A DNA stretch of 64,000 nucleotides from Harriotta raleighana (taxonomy: Eukaryota): positions 897,282 to 961,281 of the forward strand of contig JBNZDD010013683.1 of assembly GCA_050575255.1 (NCBI GenBank). Reading direction: 5' to 3'. A model generated the notes under the pieces. It worked only from the letters and a program-made list of their open reading frames with translations. It ran no database searches and was not told where the DNA came from. The position numbers and the translations under genes are program-made. Position 1 is the first letter of the stretch. Every line of letters begins with the position of its first letter. Of the stretch, positions 1 to 14,045 are shown one piece after another.

Positions 1-218
1 GTGGTGGAGGCTGATTCGATAACAACTTTTAAAAGGGAATTAGATCTTTATTTAGGGAGAACAGGTCTATTAGGCTATGGGGAGCGAGCAGGGCAGTGGG
101 ATTAAATCGCTCTTTTCAAAGAGCCGGCACAGACTAGATGGGCCGAATGGCCTCCTTTTGTGCCGTAAACTTCTATGAATCTATGAATAAACTTCTATGA
201 ATCTATGAATCTATGAAT
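1..218 (+). mobile_element. CR1-type LINE 3' end, truncated by the window edge, with a (CTATGAAT)n tail
   Basis: End of ORF2 (VVEADSITTFKRELDLYL), the CR1 3' UTR motif 'gatgggccgaatggcctcct', and tandem octamer tail 'ttctatgaatctatgaat'. Confidence 0.85.
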
Positions 219-3200
219 CATGTGATTGCCGGTCAGTTACAAAGATCCCAAATTCCTGCCTTGAAGATTATTTTGCTTTAAAATGGAAGATCAGCAGAAT
301 TGTGGACACTTCTTCAAATTCACTGCTCACTTCGTTAAGGAATTTTTTTTGCATTGTTTTTAAAAAGAGCCAGCTTCCAAATGATAATTAATATTTAAAT
401 TTTTCAAAATGCTGCACAATTTTTAAATCTAGGCACAATTTTGAAACCTGAATTGTCTCAGCAAAATTTGGACTGCGATTGTTTTAGAATTGTTTTTGTT
501 TCCCCCATTCCCCAACCGCATCCACTGCGGGAATTTATCCCCACTGTAGCATTAACCGAATCGGAGTCTAATTCAATCAGTTTGCAACTTGCGAATGAAT
601 AAGCAATGCCGCAATTGCTTTTTGAAATATTACTTTACAGTGTATGGAATTTCTTTGGATCTTTAATTGTTTTAATGCAAAATCTGTTCTGCTAAAACTA
701 AGCTGGAAAATAAGTTGTGCATCAGCAGAAAATTTATATCTGGCTTCAGACGTATTCAAATCAGTTGAAAACTTGAGTGATGTGTTATGCAGACACTTTC
801 ATAGTTCACTCTGACAAGATCCATAATTGGGGATAATTTGTATGTTAGCAAATGACAACTCACTGCTGGCCCTAAATGACAACTAATTAATTGAATTATC
901 ATTGCATGCTTAATAACCAAGCCTTTGCAATACTGCAGTGACCATTATTTCTGAAGAAAAACATCCCGCAGATATTTTGCCATGACAACATCCATTCACT
1001 CAATAGTCCTCCATTAGGTTTCAGAAATATGAAACTTATTAAGTGGCTCAAAATCCTGAGTCTTCAATTTCAAATCAATTTATTATGTTAGGCTTTAAGT
1101 TGCATTTCATAATCCATAGATAACAGTGCCTTTTATATTTGGAGGATTCAAAGCGCTTCACAGGTTATACTGTAAAGGACATTGATTGTATTTTATAGGC
1201 GAGTGTGGCGTCCAACCTATGCACAACAATGTTCCACCAACAACTGGGAAGTGAAAAAACAATTTTATTTGGAGAATTATTGTTGCAGACACTAGGAGAA
1301 ACTCACTTCTCTTTTTGTATGGTGCCATGGAACAATTACTCGAACAGGTTTGATGTTTAATGTTTCATCGTAGAGATGTCTCAAATTGCTTCAAAGAATA
1401 GTACTGTAAAATGAATTAACTGTATATTTTGTGCGTGAAAAATCTACCACAAATATAAAGATATCAGCTGCAGGGATAGGTCCATATCGCACAAAAAAGT
1501 AGAAATTATAAAGATATAAAATGGGACATTCCGTGTAATAATTAGCACTTCACGTGTCACCTTTGTCGGTCCATATAGTTTTCATACAGCAGAAGCTCCT
1601 TTAACTTTTAGAAGATTATGGAAATCAGCACTAAACCCCAGGGTTTAGGAATTATAGACCTGGCATTGCTGCAGTACCTGGCTGTAATCCTTTATACAGT
1701 TCTCTGAACTGCAGTGCTTACAACTAGCAGGTTACCTTCGCTGGCGTGAGTCTCACGAGCTGAGATAAGGAGGCTCATTAATGTGTTCAAAGAGAACACC
1801 ACATGTAAAGGAAAAAGATGGCAAGAATGCATGGGATGAGAAAAGGCCATTCCGTTTATTAGACCTTCCATAGCCATGGAGAATTTACAACACTATGTAT
1901 TCTAGCTCTTGTGGGAAATTATCGTACAGATGTTTCCTGTATCAACAACAAATTGCATTTATATAGCGCACCCCATCCCAGAGCACTTAAATGGGTATCG
2001 CAAACGTAGTGAATTACTGTAATAGGTAAGTACAGATATAAATAGATACAGATTACTTTCCGCCAAACCCTTCAGTTAACAGTTATTCAGTGGTGGTACT
2101 CTTCCATCAACCTCAAAATGTGACAGACTGAATGAACTCAAGTCAGGTCTCAAAAAAAATGCTCACGTTTTAATGGAATTTATCAGTTCAGTCCCTGTCT
2201 TCCAAATGTCCAATAGGTCTTGGACTCAAACCTTGCTTATCCTCGCTCCGAGACAGAGGCCAAGAAAGTAGCAGAAAGAAACACAATGAATGAAACTCTG
2301 ATTTTAGAACTGGATTGATATATTCTGAAATGCACTGAAATATATAAAAGAAGCTTTAAAATAAGAATAGCAAAAGTCCATTCAGCTATTGAGTCTTTTT
2401 TGCCATATTTTCAGCTTTTGTCGCGTTTTGACATGTCACTTCCTAAGTAAGGAAGTTAGTAAGTCAGTCAGCAAGTGAGTTGGTAAGTAAAGTAGGTAAT
2501 AAAGAAAGTAAGCCGATATTTTCACATGTGTCCAGCTGGCTAGCTCCCTTTTAAGCATTTCAATTGACTATATAACCACTGTGCAATTTCCATGTCAGTC
2601 TGGAGTGTGCTGGGCTGGAAGTGGGTTTATTTACATGAAATGCTCTCTGCAAGTAACTGCTTGCAATTTGATCCAGATCAGAATGTGACTCACTAAGCAG
2701 CAAAATGAGAACTGAGCATTATGGCAATTCTTGCCCAGTGCAGATGCAAAGGGTTTTCGCTGCCGGGGGTAGCAATTAGTGTATGGAAACGGCCACAGTT
2801 GTTCAATAATGCAGATTTGTTATTTTTTATTTTGCAGCCATATCGACAGATGCAAGTTATAAACAAAACACAAATAGTAATATAGAAATGAATGCAATGT
2901 ATGAACTATAAGAAATATAACCTATTAAATACTGGAGCTTGCAACAGGGATATACAAACTCTGTGACCCAATTAGTTTACAACAACAACTTGTATTTATA
3001 TAGCACCCTCCAAGATGAACAGCGTCTCAGAGCGCTTAAATTATTTAGTAACCAGAGGATAACGAGGGCACAAAACACATTTGTAAAGGTGCATTATTGC
3101 ATCCATTTACACCTCTGGTCGATCACTCAGCCAACATATAAGTGGTTGCTACTCGCACAAGATGCTGATCAGTAGGATAATGTATAGCAGTAGATAATGT

Positions 3201-3237
3201 ACATGAAGAAAAGTGAATAACTAGGAGTAATCCTAGT

Positions 3238-3362
3238 TTCGCCCACACATACACAGCCAAATCACTTTACGGTATATTCTGTGAAGCGCTTTGAGACATC
3301 TGGAAGGTATGAAAAGCACTACCTGTATATCAAAAGCAAGGATTATTATTATTAGTATTATT
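3238..3362 (+). mobile_element. SINE 3' fragment (tRNA/Deu-type family)
   Basis: 'tattctgtgaagcgctttgagacatc...gcaaggattattattatt' matches the tail shared by many copies in this window. Confidence 0.75.
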
Positions 3363-5359
3363 AATCTCAACCAAGTTCAACAATCTCAAAGTTCACAGCA
3401 GCGAAGTAATTTCAAACATTATCTGAACCCCCAGTTGATGATTACAGCCTTGAAAGCATGCCAGCCAGCATGCCCATTAGGTTGCTAAACATACATTGTG
3501 AAGTTCATTGCAAAAATTGTATTCAGTTCTGTTTCTTTTTTACAGCAAGGTGCTCTGTGTATTTGAAGGATGAGGTGTCCAGGCTGAACGAGTAACAATG
3601 AAATTGCAATGACTGGAAGCTTATCCAGTGAGGTCAAACTGCCAATTACCGAGACATAACAAATTAGTGATAACTTTATAAATATGGAAGCAGTCAAAAT
3701 GGGGAGGTGTAAGTGTTATATTTAAGTGTGAATTATTTTTGTGTAATAAAACTCCTTGGGTTTATGCCCCTTCAAAAATATACCCGCAGCAACTCTGCAA
3801 CAACCCAAACACTGTCGCTTCAAACTGTCACTTTTAAATGTGGCAAGAATTCTTGCCAACCTTTTAACATTCATAGTTGAGTTTCTGTGCAGCTAAGAGA
3901 AGCATACATTTGTTCATGCTCACTGAGGCAAAGCCACATTCAGAGTAAATCTTGAGCTCTTTGCCTTGGTATTTAGCAAGCAAATACTCATGTTGGTAAC
4001 CTGATTATGTGAATCCCAAAAAAGAAATCACCACATTTTCTGACAGATAAATGCAGGAAGAAAATTTGAATCTTGTTTTCATAAGCAAGGAAATGGATAT
4101 GATTCTTCAATGTGATGTGTACTTACTGTAAAAAAAAATGATGGCCTTTTGATTCAGTGTACACTCTCCGCAGGAAGCCTCCACAATGCTTTCCCAGAGG
4201 CCTGTCAATTTCAAGTCAATTTCATGAATGCAGAATCCGGCAATGTGCGATGAGCAAGGCACAAGGATAACTGTGGAAGGAAAGAAAAATAGGTAAAATC
4301 ACTGCAATGAACAACTTTATTACAATTACTGTACAGGTCTTTGTAAAAACTGAATGAAATGAGATTTACAATTTAATCAAATGAGAAGAACAACCTCTAG
4401 CAATTTCCTTCATGAAGCACTTTGGGTGAGGTTTACAACCTTGGCAAGATTAAAGACAATTTGTTGCTTAATGTGGGGATCATTCTAATTTTACAAGCGA
4501 GTCACATTAAATTCAACAAAGGTCACAACAGTTCAGCAAAACAGGGGACACAATTTACAAAGAAAGTATAATCACTTGGCCAAAGAAAGGGGAAAAAGAC
4601 AGACCACCATAGCTGCGCTCTCACCATAGCTGTGATCTCTATTCAATTATTAATGGGTTCATTCAGTAGCAAATCAAAGACACAAGGGCTGCGCATTTCC
4701 ACTACAAAGAGTGACATTCCAGAGTTATTTAATGCTGGCTGAACCACACTTGTTGGAACTTCTATTAAACCACGGGAAATCTCCACCAAAAGGTTAAGAT
4801 GGAATTGTTTTTATTCAGAAATCCATAACATATGTACCACTGGCGAAGCATATGTTATGAAAAAAGCACGATCTTTCAAAGTAGAATACAAATTCAGCCC
4901 AAATTCAATGCCTACTGGGGTCAGTGTCAGAAAGCCTTTGTCTTATTTCCACTAGTCTTCAACTGCAGCGTATTTTTCTGGCACTCAATTAACTGAAGTA
5001 TTCAATTAATATTTTCATTGCTACTGAATTTCTTTGTGACGTACAGAGCCAGAATCAGTGATAATGTATTTTGTGTTCAGCACTACTCTTGTTAATGAAG
5101 CTATTACTGTAATTAGTTTGTAATGATGAAGAGTTCTAATGCAAATTATTTTCCTTAGTTCACTTTATGGGACAGTCTTGAACATTTTGTTCAAAGGAAC
5201 ATTTTCCTTTTTGAAACCTTTTTAGTTTCATTGCAAATACTATATATTCTAACCATTTGCTTTGCTCAGTTGTGGTTATCACTTGGAAATGTTTAGACCT
5301 GACTGTTACGGCAAGAGTATACATTAAGCTAAATGCTAGTAAATGGTTCTGGCACTAAT

Positions 5360-5497
5360 AGTTCTGACGAAGGGTCGTGGATCCGAAATATTGACTCTCT
5401 TTCCTTTCTCTATAGATGATGGCTGACCTGCTGAATGTTCCCAGCGATTTCTGTTTTTGTTTCAAACTTCCATCGTGTGTAGTATTTTGCATTTTGT
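5360..5497 (+). mobile_element. Penelope-like element remnant containing a minimal hammerhead ribozyme motif
   Basis: 'agtt-ctgacga-a-gggtc-gtg-gatcc-gaaa-ta-tt-gact' followed by 'ttctgtttttgtttca...gtagtattttg'. A related, internally deleted copy lies at 48781-48850. Confidence 0.6.
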
Positions 5498-8400
5498 TTA
5501 AAATTATTGCTGATCTTTACACTGAAATGCTTGTTTGACATTGTAATGAATCATAAGGCATATATTTGAATAACAGTCATGGTTTTGAATAAGAGCAAAG
5601 CATCTTTGATTTGTTTTGTAGCAGCCTGAAATTGTTTGAGTGATCAATAAATCTATAAGTGGCATTTGCTTTGCATGGTTTTAACATTGATTTGTCTGTG
5701 TTTATCCTGATATACTTTTCCATTGGGGAATAAAAACATTGCCTGTTCACAATCAGTGACAGTGTCCCACAAACAGTCATAGATTGAGTGTCCAAGTTAT
5801 AATTATATATATTTTTTAAAAATCATTTATTTATTAATTTTTGAACTGATTTATTACTGTCAAAAAAGCGATCTGTCAAGCCTGATTTCAGGCTGGAAAT
5901 CAAACTCAGGTTCATTTGCTTGCTAGTTGAATGCTCCAACCAATACGCCATTGGACTCAACAAAGATCAAACTCTTCTAGGATTAAACCCTTGTAGCCTA
6001 CTTTAACAGTGACATACAATGCTGGGAGATGCATATGCTGACCCCAAGAAACGGTAAGACTAAATCCATATTAATTTAAAAATACAACGGAAGTAAGACA
6101 TGTAGTAATATGCCTGCAGTCTTTACCACTGAGACTATCTTGTATAGTTTTAATAAAGATAGTAAGAAGTCAGAAAAACATTGTGGACAAACAATTCTCA
6201 GAGAGCATTGTTGGGCCTATCTCCAAGGTTAAAACAGAAAATCCAGTTGGGCTGCAAGTACAGTAATTTATTTAACAAAAATAAATGAGGTACATAGATT
6301 TTCAATAGTGTATAGAAATTCGTAAGAATATTTTTTTGCTAAGGAAGGTTTTTTTCCACCACTGCTTCGAGAGAAACATTTTGAGTTGACATGGGATCTG
6401 AATTTACTATTGACAAATGCTCAGTTTGTGAAAGGTGAGCGCTCCAGGGAGTATAGAGACTGCGGCACATTTGCTTTTCTTTTGCTTCAGAGCCCCTGCA
6501 CCTCCCCGCAATCAAAAGCGTTTCAATGATTTCATGGGCTGACCAATCTCCCATATCAGATCAGACAACCTGGATGAATCTGCGCACAGCTTTACGTCCA
6601 CCTCATTGATCACATTGAAGGAATGTTATGCTCAATTGAAAGCTATTTCATTAATCACTCAAACTCACAAAACTGCAGTTTGCAATCAGCTTTTCTGACA
6701 GAACCAACAGAGTTCACCTCAACACATCTTAGCAACCAGATGTCAGTGAGGAGCCTGATAAGGGAATAGCTGGCTGCAGCAAAATTCTGTTACAATTTCT
6801 GGATTATATTCTTATGATGTCTTGTAGATTGTGCCTTAAACTATAGATAAGTGCTAATATATGACCTGACACATAAGAACTCCAAAGTATAAAATCAAGG
6901 GTCATTAATAATAAATGATACAATAACTATGATGTTCTTTTAATTTAACACTTTCAATGAACCTATTTGTTGTGGGCTAAGCCTTGATTTGGAGGTCATT
7001 ATTTCCTAAAGTTTTTTTTTAGAAAGTGCAGCAAAACATCTTCAAAGTTAAGCCTGAAAGCAACAATCTGTAAAATTCTGGTCCCTCTAAAATGCTTCAT
7101 AAATATAGTAAATTTAAACTCACTTAGAATTTCACCACATTTATCTCCTTTAATGAAACCTTTTGCATTTTTTTATTGAATTGCTATTTTATTAAAATGT
7201 TCATTTGCTAGATGCAAGTGATGATAGAGTTTTGGTCTTGCTGATTGCATGATTGTAATCTATGATGTTGATAAACAAATTAAAGTCTCACAATATTGTC
7301 ATATTGAGGCAATGCGTTTAATTAAGTAGGTCTAGTACATTCGAATGCATTAGATTCAAAGAGGAACCTGCTTCACCTGGAAAAAATAGATTCATTTAAA
7401 ATCATTGCATGAAATGATTTGCAGAGGTTAAATTAATAGATATTCAGATGGATTCAAATATATATATATATATATTTTACAGCCAGTAATACATTCAAAG
7501 CCAATTAATTGCAGAGATTACTTTGTCAATTCGTCTTACTCAGATCTGAAGAGTATTTGGTAAGCCAAATCTCAGCATGTTCAGTGGATGAATTAATACA
7601 CAGACTGAATATTTCTAAGCATGCTTTATTTTCATGTTATTCTTCATTAAATATGTGCTACAGCATCATCCAACATCATGAGTGTCTGGACTTTACCACA
7701 AAGAGATCCATCAACAACAACAACTACTTCAATTTATATAGCGCCCTCCACGCCAGACGGCATCTCAGAGTGCTTACAAAGTGATCCATCATGATCTTTC
7801 CCACCAGACACTCTGCCTTTGAGGAACAGGGTGTGTGCCTAACCTGATACACAACTGGTAATGGGAGTAGCATTGGATATAAAAAGAAAAATCAAAAGTA
7901 CAATACGCACACATATATACAACACTTTTCATATTCAGAGGACGTCTTAAAACATTTGACAAGTGGGCCAGAGCTGGGGTTGGGAGCTGAAGTGAGTGGG
8001 GAAGGGAAAGGGGACATCACGTTCAAAGAGCTAAGTGTTGAGAGGTGCCATTAATAAGGGAAAGGAAGGATGGAGTATACAACAATGTCATGCTGAGAGA
8101 TTTCCCTCCCGATTGTGACTATAAACAGTAGGAAGTTAAAGCATTCAGATTGAAAGAAACTGATTCCCCCGGCACTGCATTGGTATATCCCTTTAAACGA
8201 TGTGAGTTCAAAGTTCTGACATTATTAAGTTATTTTTAATGTTTGATGCTAGAACCAGATTGCTACCAACTAAGCCAGGTTGATACCTGATATCAATGAA
8301 TGTTCTCATTCAGAAAGCCATGGCGAGTTTTTGTTCTCCTTGAAAAAAGAATGACATCGTAATTAGCAAAATGATTAAGGTTTGAGATGGGAGATTTCAG

Positions 8401-8720
8401 TACATCAATGAACTTAGATGTAATGTCTAACTGACAACCATGTGGTAAATACATACAACCATCTCTAGGATATTCTGATTCTGCTTCCAAGTACAGCCCT
8501 AATAATATATTGAGTTGCCATGTAACTGAACTGCTCATTCCATGTCATCCACGTGGGTAAATGGAAATGACTGTAACTTCACTTTGGTTAAGGTAAAATA
8601 TCAAATGTGAGCATTTGTGCTTCACGTAATTCTGGAAAAGACACCATTGTAGAATAGCACGGTTATGACTCGTGATTCCTATAATTGTTCATTTCCCCAC
8701 TGTATGTAATCTCTTCTCCC

Positions 8721-8780
8721 TTTATACTCATTGCCACCTCCTCCATCTGCTTTATACTCATTGTTACCTCCTCAGTCTTT
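8721..8780. repeat. Two-copy 30-bp tandem repeat
   Basis: 'tttatactcattgccacctcctccatctgc' followed by 'tttatactcattgttacctcctcagtcttt'. Confidence 0.7.
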
Positions 8781-10028
8781 TTATCCCCTTAAGTATTTCA
8801 TTATTCAATCCATTTTACTCATTGCTTCATTTGCATCCTACTCTCTTTTCTATCCTCTAAGTACCTTCTGTTCTGCTCCATAGCCTGGCTCACTTTTCTC
8901 CCATAGCTTCTCCCTGAAGAAAAAATAATGGCTGAAAAGCTGTTTCTAACCCAATTTCCTCTTTCAAGGCCTGCAATTACGCTTAGCCTTAGAACTGTGG
9001 AAAATTTTGAAATTCACTCCTAGTCTGGAATTTGGTTTCCTGCAATTCTGCACGCAAATTACAAACTCCAATTGATTTTGTTCCTCTCTTCAATCCAGTG
9101 CTCAGGACAGTTGTATTAATCGAATGATCTCCCAGTTGCCAAACCTGGAACCTGGCTGGATAGTGAGAAGAGGAGGAACTTGCTCATATTTTTGATCATC
9201 CTGCCCTCATGACGTTCAGAGATCACAAGCGGATTTGTACAAGCAGGGGCAGTCCTTATCAAGCTGGGAGTAAGAAATTCTAAATGTGGATGGATAATGG
9301 AATTTCTCCTTAATGCCCCCAATGAATTTTAAACAAATGACTTGTTCCTAAATACCACCACTAACGTCCGATGATTCTTTCATTTGATATAAAATCTGTA
9401 CGTTTCACAAAATATTACACCACAGAAGGAGGCCATTCAATTCATCGGGCCTCTGCCAGCTCTTTGGAAGAACTACCCAATCAGTCCCATTCTCCTGCTC
9501 TTTCCCCATATCTTTCCCATATGCTTGCAAAAGTTTCAAAACACTTCATTGGTACATTGCTGTCAAGCAGAGCAACTGTATTTTTGCAGTCAAATGATCT
9601 TTCACAGTCACTTAGAACTTGTTTTATATTTTTAGAGATACGGAGATGATGTTCAGTGTGGATGACAGGAGTTGAATGTGATTTGCCCAAGGTTTATGCG
9701 GAGTCAATTCATGCGGTATTAAATTATGTGCTTGACACCTGTGATGGTATGTTCATTGATTAAAACCCATGAAGAGATCTGCATCAAGCTGTTCAGACTA
9801 TTTTGATGCAAATTTCCTAAGCGTGCCAGTCAAAGATTTAACTGTTCGATTTGGAAACTGGCGCAAACCATGGGTTAAAATATTCTGATCCGGATTTCCA
9901 ATCTCCATAGCAACATAAGTCTAATTATCTTAAAAAACGTCTGGTTGAATAATCAAAACCTCCTCTAACTCACTGAACCAAATATTTAATGTGAAAGAGC
10001 ACAGCTGATGCTTCCTATGCCCTAACAT

Positions 10029-10138
10029 TTAAGACGCTGATCTCTACATTTTAATATTTTTCTTCTCCACATGGTAGTNTTGGTTTCCTTAAGACGCTGA
10101 TCTCTACATTTTAATATTTTTCTTCTCCACATGGTAGT
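10029..10138. repeat. 50-bp direct duplication around a single n (probable assembly overlap artefact)
   Basis: 10029-10078 is identical to 10089-10138, with n at 10079. Confidence 0.8.
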
Positions 10139-10649
10139 AACTTTTGCTGGTTTATGGGCCCACGCACAGCCTTTTACCAGCCATCTGCCTCTTTATCTGA
10201 ATGGCAATCCTCCATGGGCAATCCCCAGAGAATGGTTGTTGATGGGATTGATATTCAGTGTTGGGAGTGTGAGGTTGGAGGGGTGAGAAGGGGTGGAGGT
10301 AGAGGCATGGGGCGGGAGTGTGGATGGTTGCAAACAGTCCTCGCAATCAATTTTAATCCATTCCTCTTCCCAGATCCATCCACACATGTATCACTTACAA
10401 GCAGGGGTAAATGAATAATGACCAGGAGCAGAATTCCTGCCTCAAGTTCCTCTTTCTACTGATACATATAGAACAATTCCCCCGTCCACCATCACCACCA
10501 CTGCAGAGATGAACTCAGCATAAAGTAGACACAAACTGGAGATCGAATATGATGAAAAGTCAACAATAACATTTTAAAAGAGTGTCTCGACACTGGTTTT
10601 ATTTAAAAAATCATAAGCGTGGGTGTGCTGAGAGTGTGTTATGTCCATT

Positions 10650-10755
10650 ATGGTCGTATTCACCCACACAAAAAAACACAGCCATTGCACTTCAGAATAT
10701 GTCCATTGAAGTGTTCTGGCATATCTTGCCAAGTGCAAGGATTATTATTATTATT
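10650..10755 (+). mobile_element. SINE 3' fragment
   Basis: Degenerate tail ending 'gtgcaaggattattattatt'. Confidence 0.6.
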
Positions 10756-11659
10756 AATTTTTCTTCTCTTCCCATTTTATCTCTCCAGTCCATCTGGCAG
10801 AATAGACAGAAACATCACCTGACAGCCTTGCAGATGCATTTGTACACAAAGTTTCCCATTCTCCTAAGACACTGACCTTTGTTAAACGTTCAATGGCCAT
10901 ATCCACCTAACTAGTTTTACCGATGAATCCATGATGCAAGCAGTATGATTAAAGACATAAAAAGTTGCATATAGCTGCATGTAGCCTGGAGTTCATCTTG
11001 TACAGTTATAAAGCATTCTTGCATCTGCAGAAATACCTAAACATGCAGAATTGTGTCAAACTTTAAATCTGTACCCAATCAAAATTGGTGGGGGGTAGGG
11101 TGATAATAATTATTTCAATTGATTTAGCACTTTCACATCAAGAGTACTTCTCAAAGCGGTTTACAGGATATTTTGTACTACGTGTATTTTGTAGGTAAGA
11201 TGGAGTAGGTCAGTTAGCGGTTTAATTCAGATTTCAGCTTCTGCGCTTTTATATGGAGGCCCAAGTGCCCGAGGACAGCAATGAAATCAGGTACAACACA
11301 GCAGTCTTCATATTACTCTTTACTTCCAAATAAATTGTACAGAAGAATCTGCCCATCCTGCTTATTCCTGGCAGAACAAGCACAATTTTGAAACTTTGGG
11401 ATTTATTGATCTCATTTTATATTCTGGAGCTTTTGTTGATATAGTATGATTTTCACATTAAATTCATCTTAATGTATAGTATCATTCACATTCATGGAAG
11501 TAATTTAGATTATAAAGTGCTGTTGAAATCAAATCGATTCCATTTTACTGCAGCATAATTATAGCTTAATTTTGCTGAAGCTCACTCCAAATAAACTTTT
11601 ACATGTTGAGAAAAAAACTTTGACGCATCAAAATGTTAAAAAAAACTTTTAAAAATCAA

Positions 11660-12065
11660 AAAGTGAGGACGAAGATCTTGAATTCGATGCTCTGGGGAGC
11701 CAATGGAGCCGGGCGAGGATGGGAATGATGTGATCGTGGAGCTTAATGCAGGAGAGGACACAAGCTGCAGTGTTCTGGATGATCTGCAGCTTGTGAAGGG
11801 AAGAGCCAAGAAGGCCGATGAGGAGGGAGTTTCCATAGTCGAGCCTTAATGTGACAAATGGATGGACAATGTTTCTGTCAGGACGCCGGTAGTCCTAGAG
11901 TTGAGGGTGGAAGTGAAGAGATAGAGTTGGGTGTCATCTGCGAACATGCAGATAATGTCACTGAGGGGGAGCATATAGAGGGTGAAGAGGAGGGTATCAA
12001 GGACAGAGCCCTGAGGCAGTGTGGCGGGTACTGAGTTAGAAAGAGAATTCTCAATCTAATGGAAC
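11660..12065 (-). mobile_element. L2-clade LINE reverse transcriptase fragment (degenerate)
   Basis: The reverse complement of ~11924-11948 encodes MFADDTQL, the RT catalytic motif in its L2 form (YADDTQL). The segment is purine-rich on + and frameshifted. Confidence 0.7.
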
Positions 12066-13187
12066 TAGGCGTAGAGGTTAACAGCGGAATCTCCATCCTT
12101 ACAGTCATATTTGCTATTCAGCATAAATCATATGGACATACGGTCAATGTCAAGGCTAAAAGTAGATGGATTTTTTCCACTCTTGTATCTAAGTTCGTTG
12201 ACTCAACGTCTTTGCAGACATATCTTCTGAGATACTTTGCACTCAAGAAGGATACGGGTAAAAAAAAAGATTCCAATATGATTTGAAATTTCTTTGCAAG
12301 TTTCATTGGGATTCGTAACACATCAAAACATGAGCCCTCTAATACTTAGTTGGCTACACATTTTTGAGAAAAGGCAGATTAGTTTAAAGGACATTTTCCG
12401 ATAATAGACAATTACCTCCACACAATCCTAACATTAGCAAGAAGTTTCACTCCGTTACATATACTAAACCCCAATTGGTGTTCATTTGCATGCAAATCAC
12501 ATCGCCTAACAACGATTGACAGCTACAATCAACAGCTACAATTGTTCCTCAACATGAAAATGGAAACATGCAGTGATCAATAATCACTTGTCTCACTCAG
12601 AAAAATAAACACATTGACCTTAAAGCTGCAACACAATAAATCCTGTTGCATTGGAAAAACAGTTGGAGAACAGTACCTTTATTTCACCAACACCTGTGAC
12701 CTTTAACCCACACAACTACAATATGTAAGTAAATATCTGCTGAGGTTTTCCTGCTAAAATTAACTTATCTATCAGACTTGTCTGCCCCATAATTTTTCTG
12801 CCTACTTTGTTCCCCTTCCTATACTTTCATGAAGGTATTTTTCTTTGTGTGTGTCCCTACTATAATGGAAAATCACAGATACTGTACTATCTGGCTATTA
12901 CGAATGAGATACTGTTGACAGTGAGTGTTGGCAGTGAATTTAAGAATGGGAAACAACAGTACCTTGATCTCACTTGACTTACATGTATGTTTTTGCCCAT
13001 TAGGCATTGGGGAGCTCCGTTGATATACAGGGACATATGTGGAATTTTCACTCCGGTTTGGATAGACTTAAACATAATGATGGGCTTTCACATTTATCTG
13101 ACACCCAGCTGACCCTCACCCCCCACACCAAATTTCATGCAGATTAAAATGTTATGGAATAATAATAATAATGTTAAAATTATTGTT

Positions 13188-13337
13188 CTAATAATCCTTG
13201 CATTTGATATCACGCCTTCAAGATGTCACAGCGCTTCACAGAATACACTGTAAAGTGAATTGATTTGAATTGGGCAGATTCCTGTGGGCTAAACGTGGCA
13301 GGCAATTGTGCACAGCAGCATCCCACAAACAGTTGTT
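13188..13337 (-). mobile_element. SINE 3' half (Deu-type domain and tail)
   Basis: 'aataatccttgcatttgatatc...gcaattgtgcacagcagcatcccacaaacag' is the reverse complement of the SINE body. Confidence 0.75.
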
Positions 13338-14045
13338 GGGAATTAGAATTAGTATTAGACATATCTAAGAAAACAGGAACTAACAGATGAATTGAAACAT
13401 AAATGATGTGAATTCAAGAAAACCTTGGAGACTTCACTGAGTTATTTAATCGAGAATAACATTTCTGCTTTTATTTAGCACTCAAAAGCTCTGAAGGACT
13501 CATTGGATTTTTGAGTACTCATGTTTCAACAATCCTTTAGGCAATGAAAACACTTAAACAATCAATTTTTTATTTTTTTTACATAAAGATATGTTTGAAA
13601 AATAATGTTGTACAGGAAGCATGGAGTGGCAGGAAAACCCAAGAGATCAAACTAATATAACAATGTTAAAATAAGCTTTTTAAGTCCCAACATCAACAGT
13701 GCTGCACTTGGCTGCTGAATCTTCAGACACTGAAGATCCCTGCGCAGATCATTGTTCTCTGTGTCTACTGGTTCTTATTCACCTGATGCGTTGCAAGCAA
13801 TAGCCTTGATCCCTCCCTCGCTGCTTGCTTAAACACAACTTTAAAAAATCTCTATAACTCTACCTTGAGCCACATTTTTCCTTATTGCTATTATTTCCCT
13901 CTCAGCTTGGGTTTTTGTAAAGCATTTTGAGATGATCTCCCTATGGGAAAATATGCTATTTATGTGCAAACTATTACTGCTACAAATACACAATCACTGT
14001 GCTTTACAGTGTATTCTATGAAGAGGTTTGACTTTGGAAGCCCAC

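Noticed and set aside
2447-2512. Cluster of GTAAG/GTGAG splice-donor-like motifs
   Set aside because: Best explained as a decayed AGTA/AGTC tetranucleotide microsatellite; no associated exon is evident.
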